This document shows positions 1-12,041 of a stretch of 64,000 nucleotides of DNA, in pieces. The translations under genes and the position numbers were made by a program. Source of the stretch: Phyllosticta citribraziliensis (Eukaryota). The notes under the pieces were generated by a model. The model was not told the origin of the DNA, did not search any database, and saw nothing but the letters and a program-made list of their open reading frames with translations. Location: contig NW_027117342.1 of the NCBI RefSeq assembly GCF_038025025.1, forward strand, positions 930,001 through 994,000. The letters run 5' to 3'. Within the stretch, counting starts at the first letter, position 1, and each line of letters starts with the position of its first letter.

Positions 1-4
1 TTCA

Positions 5-925
5 ATGATGGACACTGCCGTTGGTCTTACCGACGCCGACCAGGTGCTCGACCTCAAAAACATTCGTTCCACGCTCATGTACAGGACCCCGCTGTCGTGG
101 CTTGCCATGCGATACTGATCTGTGGCGCAGCCGCTTGGAAGACACCATCACCGTCTACCTCATTGAGCGCGTACAGTATCCTCTGAACCGTTCAGTATAC
201 GTCCCTGGCGCAATCCAAGTCCCCGACGAAAAGCTCAGCTTTTTGGATTGGCTCCTTTGCGAACAAGAGCGCCTCCACTCACGCCTCCGCCGCTACCAAG
301 CGCCCGACGAGTACCCATTCTTCCCAAACGCGGTGCGCACTCCGGTGCTTCAGCCCTTGGACTATCCGCCTGTCCTTCATCCCAACAATGTCAATGTGAA
401 CGACAAGCTCAAAGACATCTACATCAACCGCATCCTTCCTACGGCGTGCGCGAAGCCCGGCGACTCGGAACGCGAGAATACATCCCACTATGGCTCGACA
501 GCCGTGAACGATATCGCTTGCCTGCAAGCGTTGTCGCGCAGAATCCACTACGGCAAGTTTGTCGCAGAATCAAAGTTCAGGAAGGAGACGGAGCGCTTTG
601 TCAAGCTCATCAAAGCGGAGGATCGCCAGGGAATCGATGAGGCCATCACGGACGCGGCAGTGGAGCTTAAGGTGCTCGAGAGGCTGAGGAAGAAGGCTAC
701 AAATTACGGGGCAGACCCGGAGAATCCGACGGCCACACCACCCAAGATCAACGTGGAAGCGGTGGTGAGCATGTACAAGGTATTCCGACCTACTGCCTGG
801 CTTTGTGAAGCCATGACTACCACCAGGTGGGCTAATTCGATACACAGGACTATGTTATTCCCCTCACCAAGGAGGTCGAAGTGGAGTATTTGATGCAACG
901 CCTTGCTGGTACCGAGTGGGAGTAA
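5..925 (+). CDS. ARO7: Chorismate mutase (eukaryotic AroQ type); exons 5-78, 131-779, 848-925
   Basis: Spliced translation MMDTAVGLTDADQVLDLKNIRSTLIRLEDTI...DIACLQALSRRIHYGKFVAESKF...MYKDYVIPLTKEVEVEYLMQRL; GT..AG introns 79-130 and 780-847 with CTGAT/CTAAT branch sites; TAA at 923-925. Confidence 0.96.
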
Positions 926-1481
926 CCCCACTCTTGGTCATCCTTGGGATAGAAAAAGATTCAGGACGGTGATAGAGAGATTGAAGTTGCTGGATAAAGC
1001 ATGAGACGGCTGCGTCATTCGCAGACTTGGCGTATACTGGTATTCGTGGTTGTTGTATTCGAACAACGGAAGCTGGACCCTGTGTCACGCGGTCAGTTTG
1101 TTTCGAAACTTTAGCCTGGAGTTCGTGTTGACTGCGCCTGTAACTGTATAGAATGCAGCATGAGCAGTCTTCGTGTCTAGATTGAGGCAGATCTTCTCCT
1201 TGCCGTAAATGAGGCCGTGACTCTCTCCATGTCGTTCAGAATGTTCATGTTGTAGCCCAAGGGGTTCTAGAAGAAACGAAGGTAATGCACTGTGGCGGTG
1301 CACATGCGTCATCGCGCGCTCCGCCGTTCAACGCCTCAACCCTGACCGATGCCTGTCCGGGTGCCTGTCGCTCAGGTTATTCCTCGAAGCGCGGCCTCAT
1401 AAGCATCCTTTCCCTCTGCTCGCACATCCCTCCAACTCTGAGATCCGCGACACCGTTCTTCTCAAGTGACATCTCCACATC

Positions 1482-2102
1482 ATGTGTGGCACCGACATAT
1501 TCCTCGCCGTCCTTGCGGTCCTGTTCCCGCCACTCCCCGGTAAGTCCATCGGCAAGCCCCCGCATCGTCCGCACGCAGGCATCTTGCATTCACCAGCGTG
1601 GCAGGGGCCGTTCTCTACACCACTACCGTGCGCAAGGCAGTGGAAAGACGATGCTAACACTGGTACAGTCTGGGTCAAGCGCGGCGTGTGCAGCGCCGAC
1701 TCACTCATCAACATCGCCCTCTGCTGCCTAGGCGTCCTCCCCGGCCTCCTCCACGCCTGGTACATCATCTGGGCGTACCCAGACCCGGACTACGAGTACG
1801 AGCGCGTCGACTCTGAAGCCCCAGGCCATGTCACCTACTACTACGTCGCCCACGGCCCAACGCCCCAGAACACGCTGAGGGGCCAGCCCAAGCCGCAGTC
1901 CCAGCCGCGATACGGTGCCACGGGAGCCGGCATGCCCGCCAGCAACCAGCAACAGTTCCCGGGACAGCAGACTGGCACAACGAACAGCTTTACGCCTCAG
2001 CAGGGAGGCCATGGGGGTGCTGATGCGGCAGGCGGCTCCAACCAGGCGCCGCCACCGTCATACCAGGAAGCTGTGAGGGGAGACCACAAGGTGCAGACCT
2101 AA
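1482..2102 (+). CDS. PMP3/Sna (RCI2-like) small membrane protein with Q/P/G-rich tail; exons 1482-1539, 1669-2102
   Basis: MCGTDIFLAVLAVLFPPLP|VWVKRGVCSADSLINIALCCLGVLPGLLHAWYII matches the PMP3 pattern once intron 1540-1668 (GTAAGT..GCTAAC..CAG) is removed; C-terminal PPPSY is a PPxY motif as in Sna3-like proteins. Confidence 0.9.
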   Translation: MCGTDIFLAVLAVLFPPLPGKSIGKPPHRPHAGILHSPAWQGPFSTPLPCARQWKDDANTGTVWVKRGVCSADSLINIALCCLGVLPGLLHAWYIIWAYPDPDYEYERVDSEAPGHVTYYYVAHGPTPQNTLRGQPKPQSQPRYGATGAGMPASNQQQFPGQQTGTTNSFTPQQGGHGGADAAGGSNQAPPPSYQEAVRGDHKVQT

Positions 2103-2440
2103 ACCATGTGGCAGCAGTCATGGTGAGGCGCGAAAAGCCCGTGAGGTTTTGGGATGGCGTTTCAATTGGTTGCTTTCATCTCTTGTGCGGCTGGCATTGT
2201 CTGACTTGGGTGGTCTTTGAATGACTAGGACTCGTTTCTCTGTTGCAAGATTCCACATGTGCAAGCACGATTAGTTTGAATTAATGATGTATCCAGGTTT
2301 TATAGTACTGACTTAGAAGCCGCTGTTTGTGCGTCTTTCATTTCTGCCAAATCCAGAGCATCCCTGATAAACCAGCGTCAGTCTCATTCCACGCCTCCAG
2401 CGCCTTTGCCAAATAGCATAAGAGAAGCAGTCTTCCTCAA

Positions 2441-3031
2441 CTAAGACTTCGACGGCCTTTCGTAGACCGTGACCTCTGTAGGCATTCCAGGCTCCAGTTC
2501 GATGTTTCGGAGCACTTTCAAGGTCTCTTCCCACTTAGTCCTGAACAACACCGAGTTGATCCTGCACATTCTGATTTCACCAACCGCTTTGCCATCCTTC
2601 TTCAGGTCCGCAATCTGCTGCAGCAAGTCGATCATAGAGGTCCTAGTATGCTTGAGAATCGTTGCAGGCGGGTCCTTCCTTGCACCGAAGCCCTCACTCG
2701 TGAAGAGACAGCCAATGTAGTGCTTCTTGTTCCCTTTTTCGGGGGCCTTGGGGTCTTCATCCATAGGTGGAATCAGCTGCGCCGAGCCAACCTGGGCCAT
2801 GCCGTCTGGACCACGATCGCAGAACTGTTCGTGATTCCTGTTCGCGTTGGGATAGCCGAGTCTGAATGCCTCGGCGATGCCTTTGCCCCAGTTTCCGTAA
2901 CAGTTGCATGCGTGGATGAGAACCGAGTTGGGCGGAGCTGCGAACATGTCGGCAGTGACCTCTTTGACGACCAGTTTCTGTCTTTTGCTGGGGGTGCCGT
3001 CACTGGCCTTTGCAGCATTGCTCGCGGACAT
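2441..3031 (-). CDS. POA1: Macrodomain protein, Poa1-like ADP-ribose-1''-phosphate phosphatase
   Basis: SVLIHACNCYGNWGKGIAEAF, IGCLFTSEGFG and MCRINSVLFRTKW motifs; start placed at MSASNAAK (ATG 3031), upstream in-frame starts cannot be excluded. Confidence 0.85.
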   Translation of the reverse strand: MSASNAAKASDGTPSKRQKLVVKEVTADMFAAPPNSVLIHACNCYGNWGKGIAEAFRLGYPNANRNHEQFCDRGPDGMAQVGSAQLIPPMDEDPKAPEKGNKKHYIGCLFTSEGFGARKDPPATILKHTRTSMIDLLQQIADLKKDGKAVGEIRMCRINSVLFRTKWEETLKVLRNIELEPGMPTEVTVYERPSKS

Positions 3032-3436
3032 TTCGGGCGTAGCGCGGTGATGGTCGTGGATGGCTGAGACTTGAAGCTGACGTCGTGGGCGGGCAAAGTT
3101 AGTGATGATTTGGGATGCGACAGCACGGCGATGGACGGGAAACGATCTTGAGCCCCAGAAAGTCAAAGTGAACAATGACATGGGGTGCGGTGACGACAAA
3201 GGACGGGGTGGAAGGTTGTCGAGGCTCAAGGGACGGGAGCATTCGGGGCCGCTCGCGGCCGGCGGCGACCAATCACACGGCGAGGATTCAAATCACTTTC
3301 CCGGGCCGGAGGGCAGTCGGTTTTCATCGTCAACTGGACCTGACCTACCAGCCCAGCTCTCCTACCTACCCAGTGTGCCACCCCATCGACCTCCCACGCC
3401 CGCTGCCTCCCATCGGCCACATCTCTCCTCTCAACC

Positions 3437-4393
3437 ATGCCGGCCCTCAGCACGACCGCTAGCGCCCTGGCCCGCTCGGCCACCCGCGCCCAATTGCCTG
3501 CGCTCCGCGCCGCGTCTGCAACCGCCCTCGCCGTGCAAAACCGTTCCGTCACCTCCGCATCCGCATCCTTCGAGAGCCCGTTCAAGGGCGGCTCTGCCTC
3601 CAAGACGACCGACATCCCCGTTGCGAAATGGAAGAAGTACCGCAACAGCGGCGGTGAGACCGGTCAAAAGGTCTTCCAATACTTCATGGTCGGCACCATG
3701 GGCGCCATCTCCGCCATGGGTGCAAAGAACACTGTTCAAGGTGGGTAGATTGGCCCGTCGGAAAGGATTGAGGTGCAGCAAACAAAGTTCTGGACAAGCC
3801 TGGCGATTTGCGAGCGATTGGAGCGGCGGCTTACAAGGCTTGAATGCAGACTTTCTCATGAACATGTCGGCCTCTGCCGATGTTTTGGCCCAGGCCAAGG
3901 TCGAGCTCGACCTGTCTGCCATCCCCGAGGGCAAGAACGTAAGTGGCGATTGGCAAGTCGCAATGGGTAATTTTCTGATTGGCCTCCAGGTCATCATCAA
4001 GTGGAGAGGCAAGCCCGTCTTCATCCGCCACCGCACCTCCGACGAGATCAAGGAGGCCGAGGACGCCAAGTGGGAAGGTCTGCGCGACCCCCAGCCCGAC
4101 GCCGACCGTGTGAAGAAGCCGGAATGGTTGATTATGCTTGGTAAGCGCATCGCAGCGCCAGGAGCCGCAAGGCGCGGCCGGGCATGTTGAAGCTAACAAT
4201 TTTGCGCCTAGGCGTCTGCACCCACCTGGGTTGTGTCCCCATCGGCGAGGCTGGTGAATTCGGCGGTTGGTTCTGCCCCTGCCACGGTTCTCACTACGAC
4301 ATCTCGGGCCGCATTCGCAAGGGCCCTGCGCCGCTCAACCTCGAGGTCCCCGAGTACGAATTCCCCGAGGAGGGCAAGGTCATCATTGGTTAA
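3437..4393 (+). CDS. RIP1: Cytochrome bc1 Rieske iron-sulfur subunit; exons 3437-3740, 3850-3938, 3990-4140, 4212-4393
   Basis: Mitochondrial presequence-like N-terminus, [22 protein letters not shown] and Rieske boxes CTHLGC / CPCHGSHY; three GT..AG introns restore the frame. Confidence 0.98.
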
Positions 4394-5096
4394 GCGTCAA
4401 GACGTGGAGAGATTTTCGACTTTTGCAATGACAGCACCATAGATGGAGTGGGGGGTTCTGTGTTGATAAAGCTGGTTTGGGGAAAAGAGTGCTGATGCGG
4501 CTCCCACATAGCCCCCCTTGAGCTACCGTTACTCTTCTCATTGGCAACGCTCGGCAAGGGAAGAAGAGGGTGGTGCTTGTATAATCTCATTCTCCTTTTT
4601 GTTCAGCGTGCCGTTGATTCCCTGGTGACGATCGGATGGAAGGAATTTAAGAAATAGACTTGGTTTCGTTTGCTTTCAAAACATTGAAAACATTGCCAAA
4701 AGGCGCACTTTGTGACTTGGATTGATATCAAATACCTACGTTGGCGACTGAATCGTCGTCCAAATCGGCGAGTCTTTCTGTCCTGTAACCAATCACACGG
4801 CGCTGAGAAACTAGCCCACGATCGACGACCCAAGCAAAACGCGACTCGCTCGGCAAAAGCGCTCCGCCAACGACCCGCCGTCCGCCCAACCAACACGCAG
4901 ACCGACCCGAGCGACCAAACAGGCAGACAACGCCGACGTCCCGAACAAAACCCATTCATCGACCGAGACCTAGGAATCACTGCCGCTACCACAGCCACCC
5001 ACAGCAACCGCAGCTTGACTCTTTGCAACGGGACCTACCGAATTGCCTGGTAGTCTACCTTGCCACGGGGTCGGGACCAGCAGGCAGATCTTCACC

Positions 5097-6454
5097 ATGG
5101 TCTACTACTTTAGCAGCAACGTCGTGTCGCCGGCGGCTTTTATCTACGTCGGCAAGGACAAGGTTGAAAGTGCGTTTTTCTTTTCCTCTTTGACTCTGTT
5201 TTGGTGCTGCTCTTTTTCTTGTTGGCCGAGGCTGCGGTGGCAGAGCAGACCCTAGTGATGGGTCTTTTTCTTTCTCTTTTTCACTTTCTTTTCTCCATCC
5301 TCCCTTCCTCTGCTTCTCGTTTTGTGGAATTGTCTTTTTGGTCGAGAGTACGCTGCAATATTAATTGCTCAAAGAGGAATTCGGGGGACAGAACTACTTT
5401 GGATGGGACGGCCTGATGCTGACGCTCCTGCGCCTTCTGCACAGACGAGGACTTGATCAAGTATGGATGGGAAGAGGATGTGTGGTGAGTTCATCTTCCC
5501 GTCGTCGCGATGTCAGACTCGCAGGACACGCATCGATGCCAGTAATTCTTCATTTAATCCATGTCTAACTACTACGGAAGGGTATGTACCGCACCGAACG
5601 TGCCTGAGCATCAAGCCGGCCAGCTCGCCAAAGTGGCTCGCCATGTCCACTGGGACTGGCAAGGGGAGGGGCCAAACGTGCCGTGATCCAAGCAAAATGA
5701 GCAGTAATTGATGTTTGGGGAATCGCAGTTCCACGTCGACAACCTCTCCTCGGCGCATATCTACCTGCGGCTGCCTGAAGGCTCGACCTGGGAAGACATT
5801 CCGGCCGACCTGCTGCAGGACTGCGCGCAACTGACCAAGGCGAACAGCATCGAAGGTACACGAATTCCCCTCCTCTTCCCCTCTCGCGTTCTCCCTCCCT
5901 CACTGCCAGACCCCAGTCTAACCTCCACCCCTCTCCGCACAACACAGGCAACAAAAAAGACAACATCACCATCATCTACACGCCCTGGTCGAACCTCAAA
6001 AAGGACGGCAGCATGGCCGTCGGCCAGGTCGGCTTCAAGGACAACAAGAAGGTCAAGCGCGTCTACGTCGCCGCGCGCGAGAACCCCATCGTCAACCGCC
6101 TCAACAAGACCAAGGTTGAGAAGTATCCTGATTTGCAGATGGAGCGCGAGGACAGGTTGAGGGAGCTGCGGAAGAAGGATCGCGCGGCTGTGCAGGAGAG
6201 GGTCAGTGTAGTCCCGTTTTTCCCCTGCTTTCCATTCTGCCGACTTTTGCTTTGCTGGAAAGGTGTCTGTCTGTCTTGATAGGACCCGTTACTGACGGAC
6301 CCAATAGAAGAAGGAAGAGGCGCGCATTGCAAAGGAGAGGAAGGAGATGGCGTGGCGGCGGGACCACGCGTATGACGACGTGCACACCGACGACGCCGTC
6401 TTTGCGGCGAGTAATCAGGACCGCGAGGAGGACTTCTTGGACGACTTCATGTAG
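5097..6454 (+). CDS. JLP2: Jlp2/CCDC25 NFACT-R domain protein; exons 5097-5169, 5445-5484, 5581 (1 nt), 5729-5855, 5948-6201, 6308-6454
   Basis: Spliced translation [53 protein letters not shown]...[42 protein letters not shown]...DDFM*, the typical CCDC25/Jlp2 pattern; the frame requires a 1-nt exon (see findings). Confidence 0.92.
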
Positions 6455-7222
6455 AGTGAGGCAAGGCGTGATGGGGCGAGACTTGTTGCTGCCATTACTG
6501 GGACGGCTCATGTTTTCTCGGACCAGTGAGGATGGAAGAAAGATCTTTGGGCCTCGGCCTCGTTCAAGAATACATCTCTGAAGTTGTTTCTATGCATAAG
6601 ATGGAACGCGTTTTGACGTGTCATTTCTGATTCGCGATTTGTCGGGAAAGTTGTGGTGCTGTATGACAGGCCTTCTTTTTCCAACGGATGTCTACAAAAT
6701 GCAAGTCTCTCTATAGGAATCAGCCACCGCAAGAGCGTACAAGGCTTCAGTAGAGTCCGTGCCCTGCTCCTCAGGAGCAAAGGAGCTGAACTGCGTCTCA
6801 CAGGCCGCCGTCTAGACATGCTTGAACATGCTTGCGATTGTGCCTCAGCATAAGCGTCAACTGAAAGACGGTATTGCTCGTCAGTCTGTGGGACTGAGTC
6901 GCGGACAAGATTGTCGCATGTGCCTGTTTTCCTGGCACACGCTTTACCAGGGCATGCTTTGATTTACAGGTGTGGGAGCTGACAGCCGCGAGATCCGCAG
7001 TGTGCCCTTAAGGCCTGGTGCTGGGCGTGACCCTTGAGGAGATGCTCACTACCCAAGACACTCCCAGGATCCGAGAGGAAGAACCAGGTGAGTGTTGGCC
7101 AAAAGATGGTTCAGTCCTCAACCATCATCAGTAGCCAGCACTGGCGTTTGCCATGTCGTGAGGCATTCTCGATTTGCCTTTCCTACAGGACTGGAAGAAG
7201 CTTGTGTGGGCTTTGTTTTCCT

Positions 7223-7728
7223 TCACCTGATGTATTGGTACTGCTGCTGGAACGAAGCGTCGAAGAGCTTTGGCTGGTCAGGCAGGCACATGTTCATGCT
7301 TTCGTTAAGCATTCGGACTGAGTGGTGGAAGGGCTCATACGCGGTCCTCGCGACCTGGTACCAATGTGGCTCACTAGGCGAAGATGCTGTCAGCGAGATG
7401 CTTGTCGATGGTGCCGTAAGACTTACTTGAGAGCAGTCGGGTCCGTGGCATGCTTAGAACGCCTGTAAGAGTTCTCCTTGTTCCAAATCCGGACCAAATT
7501 CTTGACAATTTGGTGCTCCAGCCCTCTCTCGTGAGCTGCACCGCGAAGGAACTCGACCGTGTTGTCAATCTTTTCCTGGTCGAAAGAGGCGGCCGCGTTC
7601 TTGCGGAAGAAGTGTCTGAGGGTGTCGCGAACGACGAATCGGGCGGGCTGCGAGTATTGCACAGCACGCAACCCCCAGGTGTACAGGCGGCGGTATTCGC
7701 GGAGGGCTTTTGAGGTTTCTGGTGGCAT
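7223..7728 (-). CDS. DUF1763-like small (probably mitochondrial) protein; exons 7728-7427, 7373-7223
   Basis: YRRLYTWGLRAVQYSQPARFVVRDTLRHFF...NTVEFLRGAAHERGLEHQIVKNL; intron 7426-7374 (GTAAGT..GCTGAC..TAG) joins to an exon with RMLNESMNMCL. Family recalled from memory. Confidence 0.75.
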
Positions 7729-7845
7729 TGACCTGGGCGTTTTCCAGAGGATATCTGGATGTCGTTGTGGTTGTCCGGAAACAAGGACGGAGGACCACGT
7801 CGGGGTTGTGGGAGTGGAGCTGAGGGCAGCAAAGGATCTGTGCGA

Positions 7846-7869
7846 GCCGCCGCCGCCGCCGCCGCCGCC
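7846..7869. repeat. (GCC)8 microsatellite between divergent DUF1763-like and DUF2293-like genes
   Basis: Direct reading of gcc x8. Confidence 0.95.
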
Positions 7870-8138
7870 GCGGCGTCGGCAGCCCACCGCAGGGCATGCG
7901 CGTGCCCATCACTTCGCAGGGCTGGCTCGGGCGCAACCTCCTTCATCACCACCTCTTCAACTCTTGCCGCTGCTCTCGCCTTTGCGTGTCAACGACTCAC
8001 GGAAGCCGCTGACCAGCGCTTGCAGCGAGAACAGCTCGTAGCTTCAACGCGACAGGCTTCAGAGAGAACGCCTGGCCTTGCCTGTCGACCACGACTAACA
8101 TCTTCATCACGGCATGATAAGCAGCTGACACCTTCACC

Positions 8139-10400
8139 ATGGGGAGAGAACGTTCGGTGAGGGCCTCGAGCTCTTCCAGAGTCGTCGGTCACAAAAGAAA
8201 AAAGCCCTACACGGTCATCCTCGAATCCGTCACGCAAAAGAGAAGGAAACTCCGTATTGCCGTCCGTCATCCCAAGTTTTCCTCTTCTCATTTCTCACCC
8301 TAGGGATTTTTGACGTTTTCGTCCAGGACTCATTCGAGGAAAATGCTCCTAATGGCTACACGTTCGTGCCTATCGGCAATGTCGAACTCACGGAGCAATG
8401 CAAGGAGTTCTGCCGCAAGAAGGGCCTGAAAGCCTACAACGTCTCAGTGGGGATTCCTCGGAACCTTTTTCTACGAAAAAGCTAACCATGACATTTCCAA
8501 GACGCATCCAAGCAGCGAAGCAAGAGCAAATCCCGGCAAGGTGTCATATCACCTGAACCGGGTTGGATTTCATTTTCCAAGCGTAGTTGTTGACCAAGCC
8601 ATGGAGTGGATCGGCATTCCACTCAACGGGCGCAGCCGCGCCGGGATTGCTAACAACATTGGCAGACGCCTGAAGACATACGGCTCTCAGCCAGAAAAGG
8701 TTGCCGTTCGGAGTGCAATGAAAGACTTGTTCCCCAAGATGCCGCCGGAGTCTCTCGCAGTTATCCTGGAGCATGCTTTTCAGCAGGTACTACCACTGGA
8801 CATGGCTTCATTTCAGATATGCTGATTGGCTTACTATCATAGGGCGCGAACCGGGTAGGTACTGCCACGAACTTGTCCATTGAAAGGCGTGTGCAAATGG
8901 CTGTGCTTGCCCACGTGAGGCATAAGCATACGAACTATGACCGTCTTCTCAAGGAAGTTGGCTACATCGAAGCTCGCAAGACTGTCGAAAAGCCCTGCAT
9001 CGAGAAGATTCTCGAATGGAGAGGAGAAGGCCAAGAAGAGGACGACGAGATGGAGGATGACTTTCGCGAGGTCATTGTCCTCGATGACGATGACGACGAT
9101 GACAGCGATGTCGACAATTCCGGGTCTGGACATTCCAGTCCAAGCCTTGAGCTCGTCGCCAATGAGGCGACTGCTGATGATCTTGGACCGCGTGATCCTG
9201 TCCATGCCAGAACAAACCGGACAGAACCACGCGCGACAATGGCATCGCGTCACATGGAGCCAGCTAGAGTTCCAATGCTCCCAATTGGACATCGTCCTCA
9301 AGGAATGCAGGCCAGGCCTCTGTACGAACGAACTCCTGCCGAGTCACAAATGAGCTTCAGAGGTTTCGATGAACGGAACCACGTTCGGTACTCTTCGTTT
9401 GCCCAGCACCAGAGTTTCGAGGAGATTGATCGCTCACTTTTAGCAGACTTGTCCCCATCGAGCCTCCACAGGCAACGGTAAGGCTCGCACAGCACGAGGT
9501 GAGTGATGGTCGTCTTGAATGACCAATCTGAAAACTTACCGGGAGCAGGACGCACGTTGGCCTTATGGTCGCCCGGTCGCTCGAGCCGACCACGATTTTC
9601 AAAGGTATGATCACATGCCGCGTCGTCACCACAGCCATGAAGCGCATCTTGTTCGACCCGGAACAAGTCCCATGCATCGCCATCCGGAAGTTGTGCAAAC
9701 GCGTCCAGAGAGGCAGCAGCTGCCAAGCCCTCGGGACATTGCCGTGCCCTCGATTGAAAATAAGCCAACTCCATACGTTTCGCATCAAGAGCGTTCATTC
9801 ATGCAAGCTTCCAAGAGACTTTCGGATGCCGACGTTATCGACTTGACGGGCACTCCACCCAGGGAGCAGCCTCGCGCTAGACCAGAGATGTATGACGGTC
9901 CTTTGCATGGTCAAGTTTCTCGCTATCCCAACCCCGGTCGAGGAGGATTTCGCGATGAACTCCCTCCCGCCATGTCGCATGAGAGAGAAATGCTTCGTCG
10001 CCGGGATGTCGAAATCAGCCAGCAAGGCCCTCGCTATCCCCAGCCCCAGCACACTCGCAATGATGACTATCAGACACATGCAAGGCTTCTTGGTCAGGGT
10101 GAAAGTACCGCTCAAGTTTACTCCCCGATGAGAGAGCCAGCACTGCGTCATGTCGTTGAACGAGATCGCGCAAACCGCTATGCTGAGCCAGTCTCTCGAG
10201 GTGTTGAGTATCGCGAGCTGCAGTACTTTCATCCAAATCAGCACGGTCCATCGCAGCGCACTCATGCTTTGATTTCAGTCGGGACAGACCGTGGTTGGGA
10301 CGAAGCCCAGTACAGAAGTTTGAGTGATCATGACGCGAGAACCCCCCAACTGAGGTTTGGTCGAACCGCACAGCCGCCCTCGTTCCACAACGCTTTTTGA
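8139..10400 (+). CDS. DUF2293-domain protein with long R/P/Q-rich disordered C-terminus; approximate exons 8139-8261, 8327-8446, 8502-8786, 8843-9387, 9444-9498, 9549-10400
   Basis: KPYTVILESVTQKRRKL, PNGYTFVPIGN, RVGFHFPS, MKDLFPKMP, RVGTATNLSIERRVQMAVLAHVRHKHTNYDRLL (DUF2293 pattern); introns with plausible donors, branch sites and acceptors keep one frame; some donors are weak (GTCCGT, GTGGGG). Confidence 0.8.
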
Positions 10401-12010
10401 AGTTGCTGCCCTTTACAGTGGAGTTGTTTGAACAGCACAACTTGAACGACCTGGTAAACTCGCATCCTTTGCATGAGTGGAAGACCAATTTGCACGTAAG
10501 GGTCCCATGAGTCCTCCGTATACAGGATCAACGTCAACGTCTTGCTAATCGTACGTGAAGAACGAACTACAGCCTGGAAAGGAAGACCGCCTTCGCGGTC
10601 GCTCTGAAATCAGCATCAGCGCTTCGATTCACCCTGCGAAACACTTGTATAGTACATCACAGCCGGAAAGACCAGAAATACATACGGACGGCGCAGGAGT
10701 CAGTCCGGGAGTATGGGATCACAGGATATGAAGACAAAGGACATGAGAACGTCGAGAATGTTGCCGCTCAAAAGAAGCTGCAACTGGGGCATGAATACCG
10801 AACCGCTCGAGAACATGGATTAAGCCCCTGGATCAGATGGGCAACGTCAAGCCCAGAGGCCTTTCATACAGGCTCGAAATCAAGCATGAATGTTTCTTTC
10901 ATTTTCTTTTCTCGGGATCGGAGGGGCATGCATGGCTACGGCGTTGGCCATTGATACAATTCTTGCTTTGCGTGTCAACAGAGAGTTCGATATTCCTGTC
11001 ATGTTCGCTACCACCAGCATTCTGCTGGCGATGGACTTTTCTAAAGCTCTCCTTCTCCCGAAAAAATCACCTTCAAGCCAACGCAAAGGCAGGCCCTGCA
11101 AGATTGACCTTCTCGGAGACCATAAAAGACAGTGTGGCGAGTAACTTGCTCGCAGCCGGACGCGGCTCAGTCTGGAAAGGACATTCCCTTCCTTCCGCCA
11201 GAAACAAAAGACATCCTCTATGATATGGCCGGTCGTCAACAGTCCGGACCAAACGGACCAAAGTCCACAAAAGAGAAAAGGCCAAACAGAAATAAAATAA
11301 ACTTTCGGCAAATAAGCGTCGAATCCTTCTCGAACACTCGCACCACCAGATGCGCTTTTGGGAAGTGGTTTTGCCATAAATGCACCGCAGTGTTTGTAAT
11401 CAGACCAAAAGAAAATTGCAAGTGTACCATCCGGCGGATGCTGGCACACCTACACAGAAAGATGGATGATTTGACCGGTATATATACTGATGCTTAGAGT
11501 CGCTGTGGTCAATGACGTTAGTGGTGCACTTGCTCTGCTACGTGCTCCAAGACGTCCCTGTGTTTGATCTCGTTCGCCAATTGGTCTCTCGCCGAAGTCT
11601 TTTGTCAAGAGCTGTCAATCAACCAAAGGGGGAGTTGTTCACCATAGAGAATCTTAAAACTATATCACTTGCACTTTTGAATTTACATTTGGTCTGTGTG
11701 AGGACGACACACGCGTTATATATATCTCTCCCCAGGCGCCTATCCCCAGAAAGGACTATCTCAATTCACGGAAATTATTTTTGGTGGATCTGTCTTTGCC
11801 TTGGTTCTTCTAGCTCGCTCTTGTTTGTTTTTATAGGCTGTGATTGCATGATTGTAGAGCACTTTCGCAGGAGCAGTCTTAGGATAAATCAGAATGCGGA
11901 TGGAGCTTGGAATCACAAATTCAAGTCCAAAGAACTGCAATATGGTGTCTCAAGCGTTTGTAAAGTCCTCTAAAAACCACGCAAGGATTGTGTTGCGGCT
12001 GCACAGAATA

Positions 12011-12040
<30 letters not shown>
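12011..12040. repeat. G30 homopolymer
   Basis: 30 consecutive G in intergenic DNA. Confidence 0.95.

Positions 12041-12041
<1 letters not shown>

Noticed and set aside
1540..1668. In-frame, stop-free intron in the PMP3 gene (also the 51-nt PEX12 intron 27232-27282) as possible coding inserts
   Set aside because: Both have canonical donor, branch and acceptor signals and interrupt conserved motifs; retention cannot be supported without RNA data.
3102..4190. 362-aa ORF and other long overlapping ORFs across RIP1, P450, PEX12 and GH92
   Set aside because: Alternative-frame or antisense shadows of GC3-rich real genes; the spliced models explain the sequence.
7374..8160. Poly-Ala/Gly/Pro ORFs spanning the (GCC)8 tract
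   Set aside because: They arise from a GC-rich divergent promoter region; the better-supported starts are 7728 (minus) and 8139 (plus).
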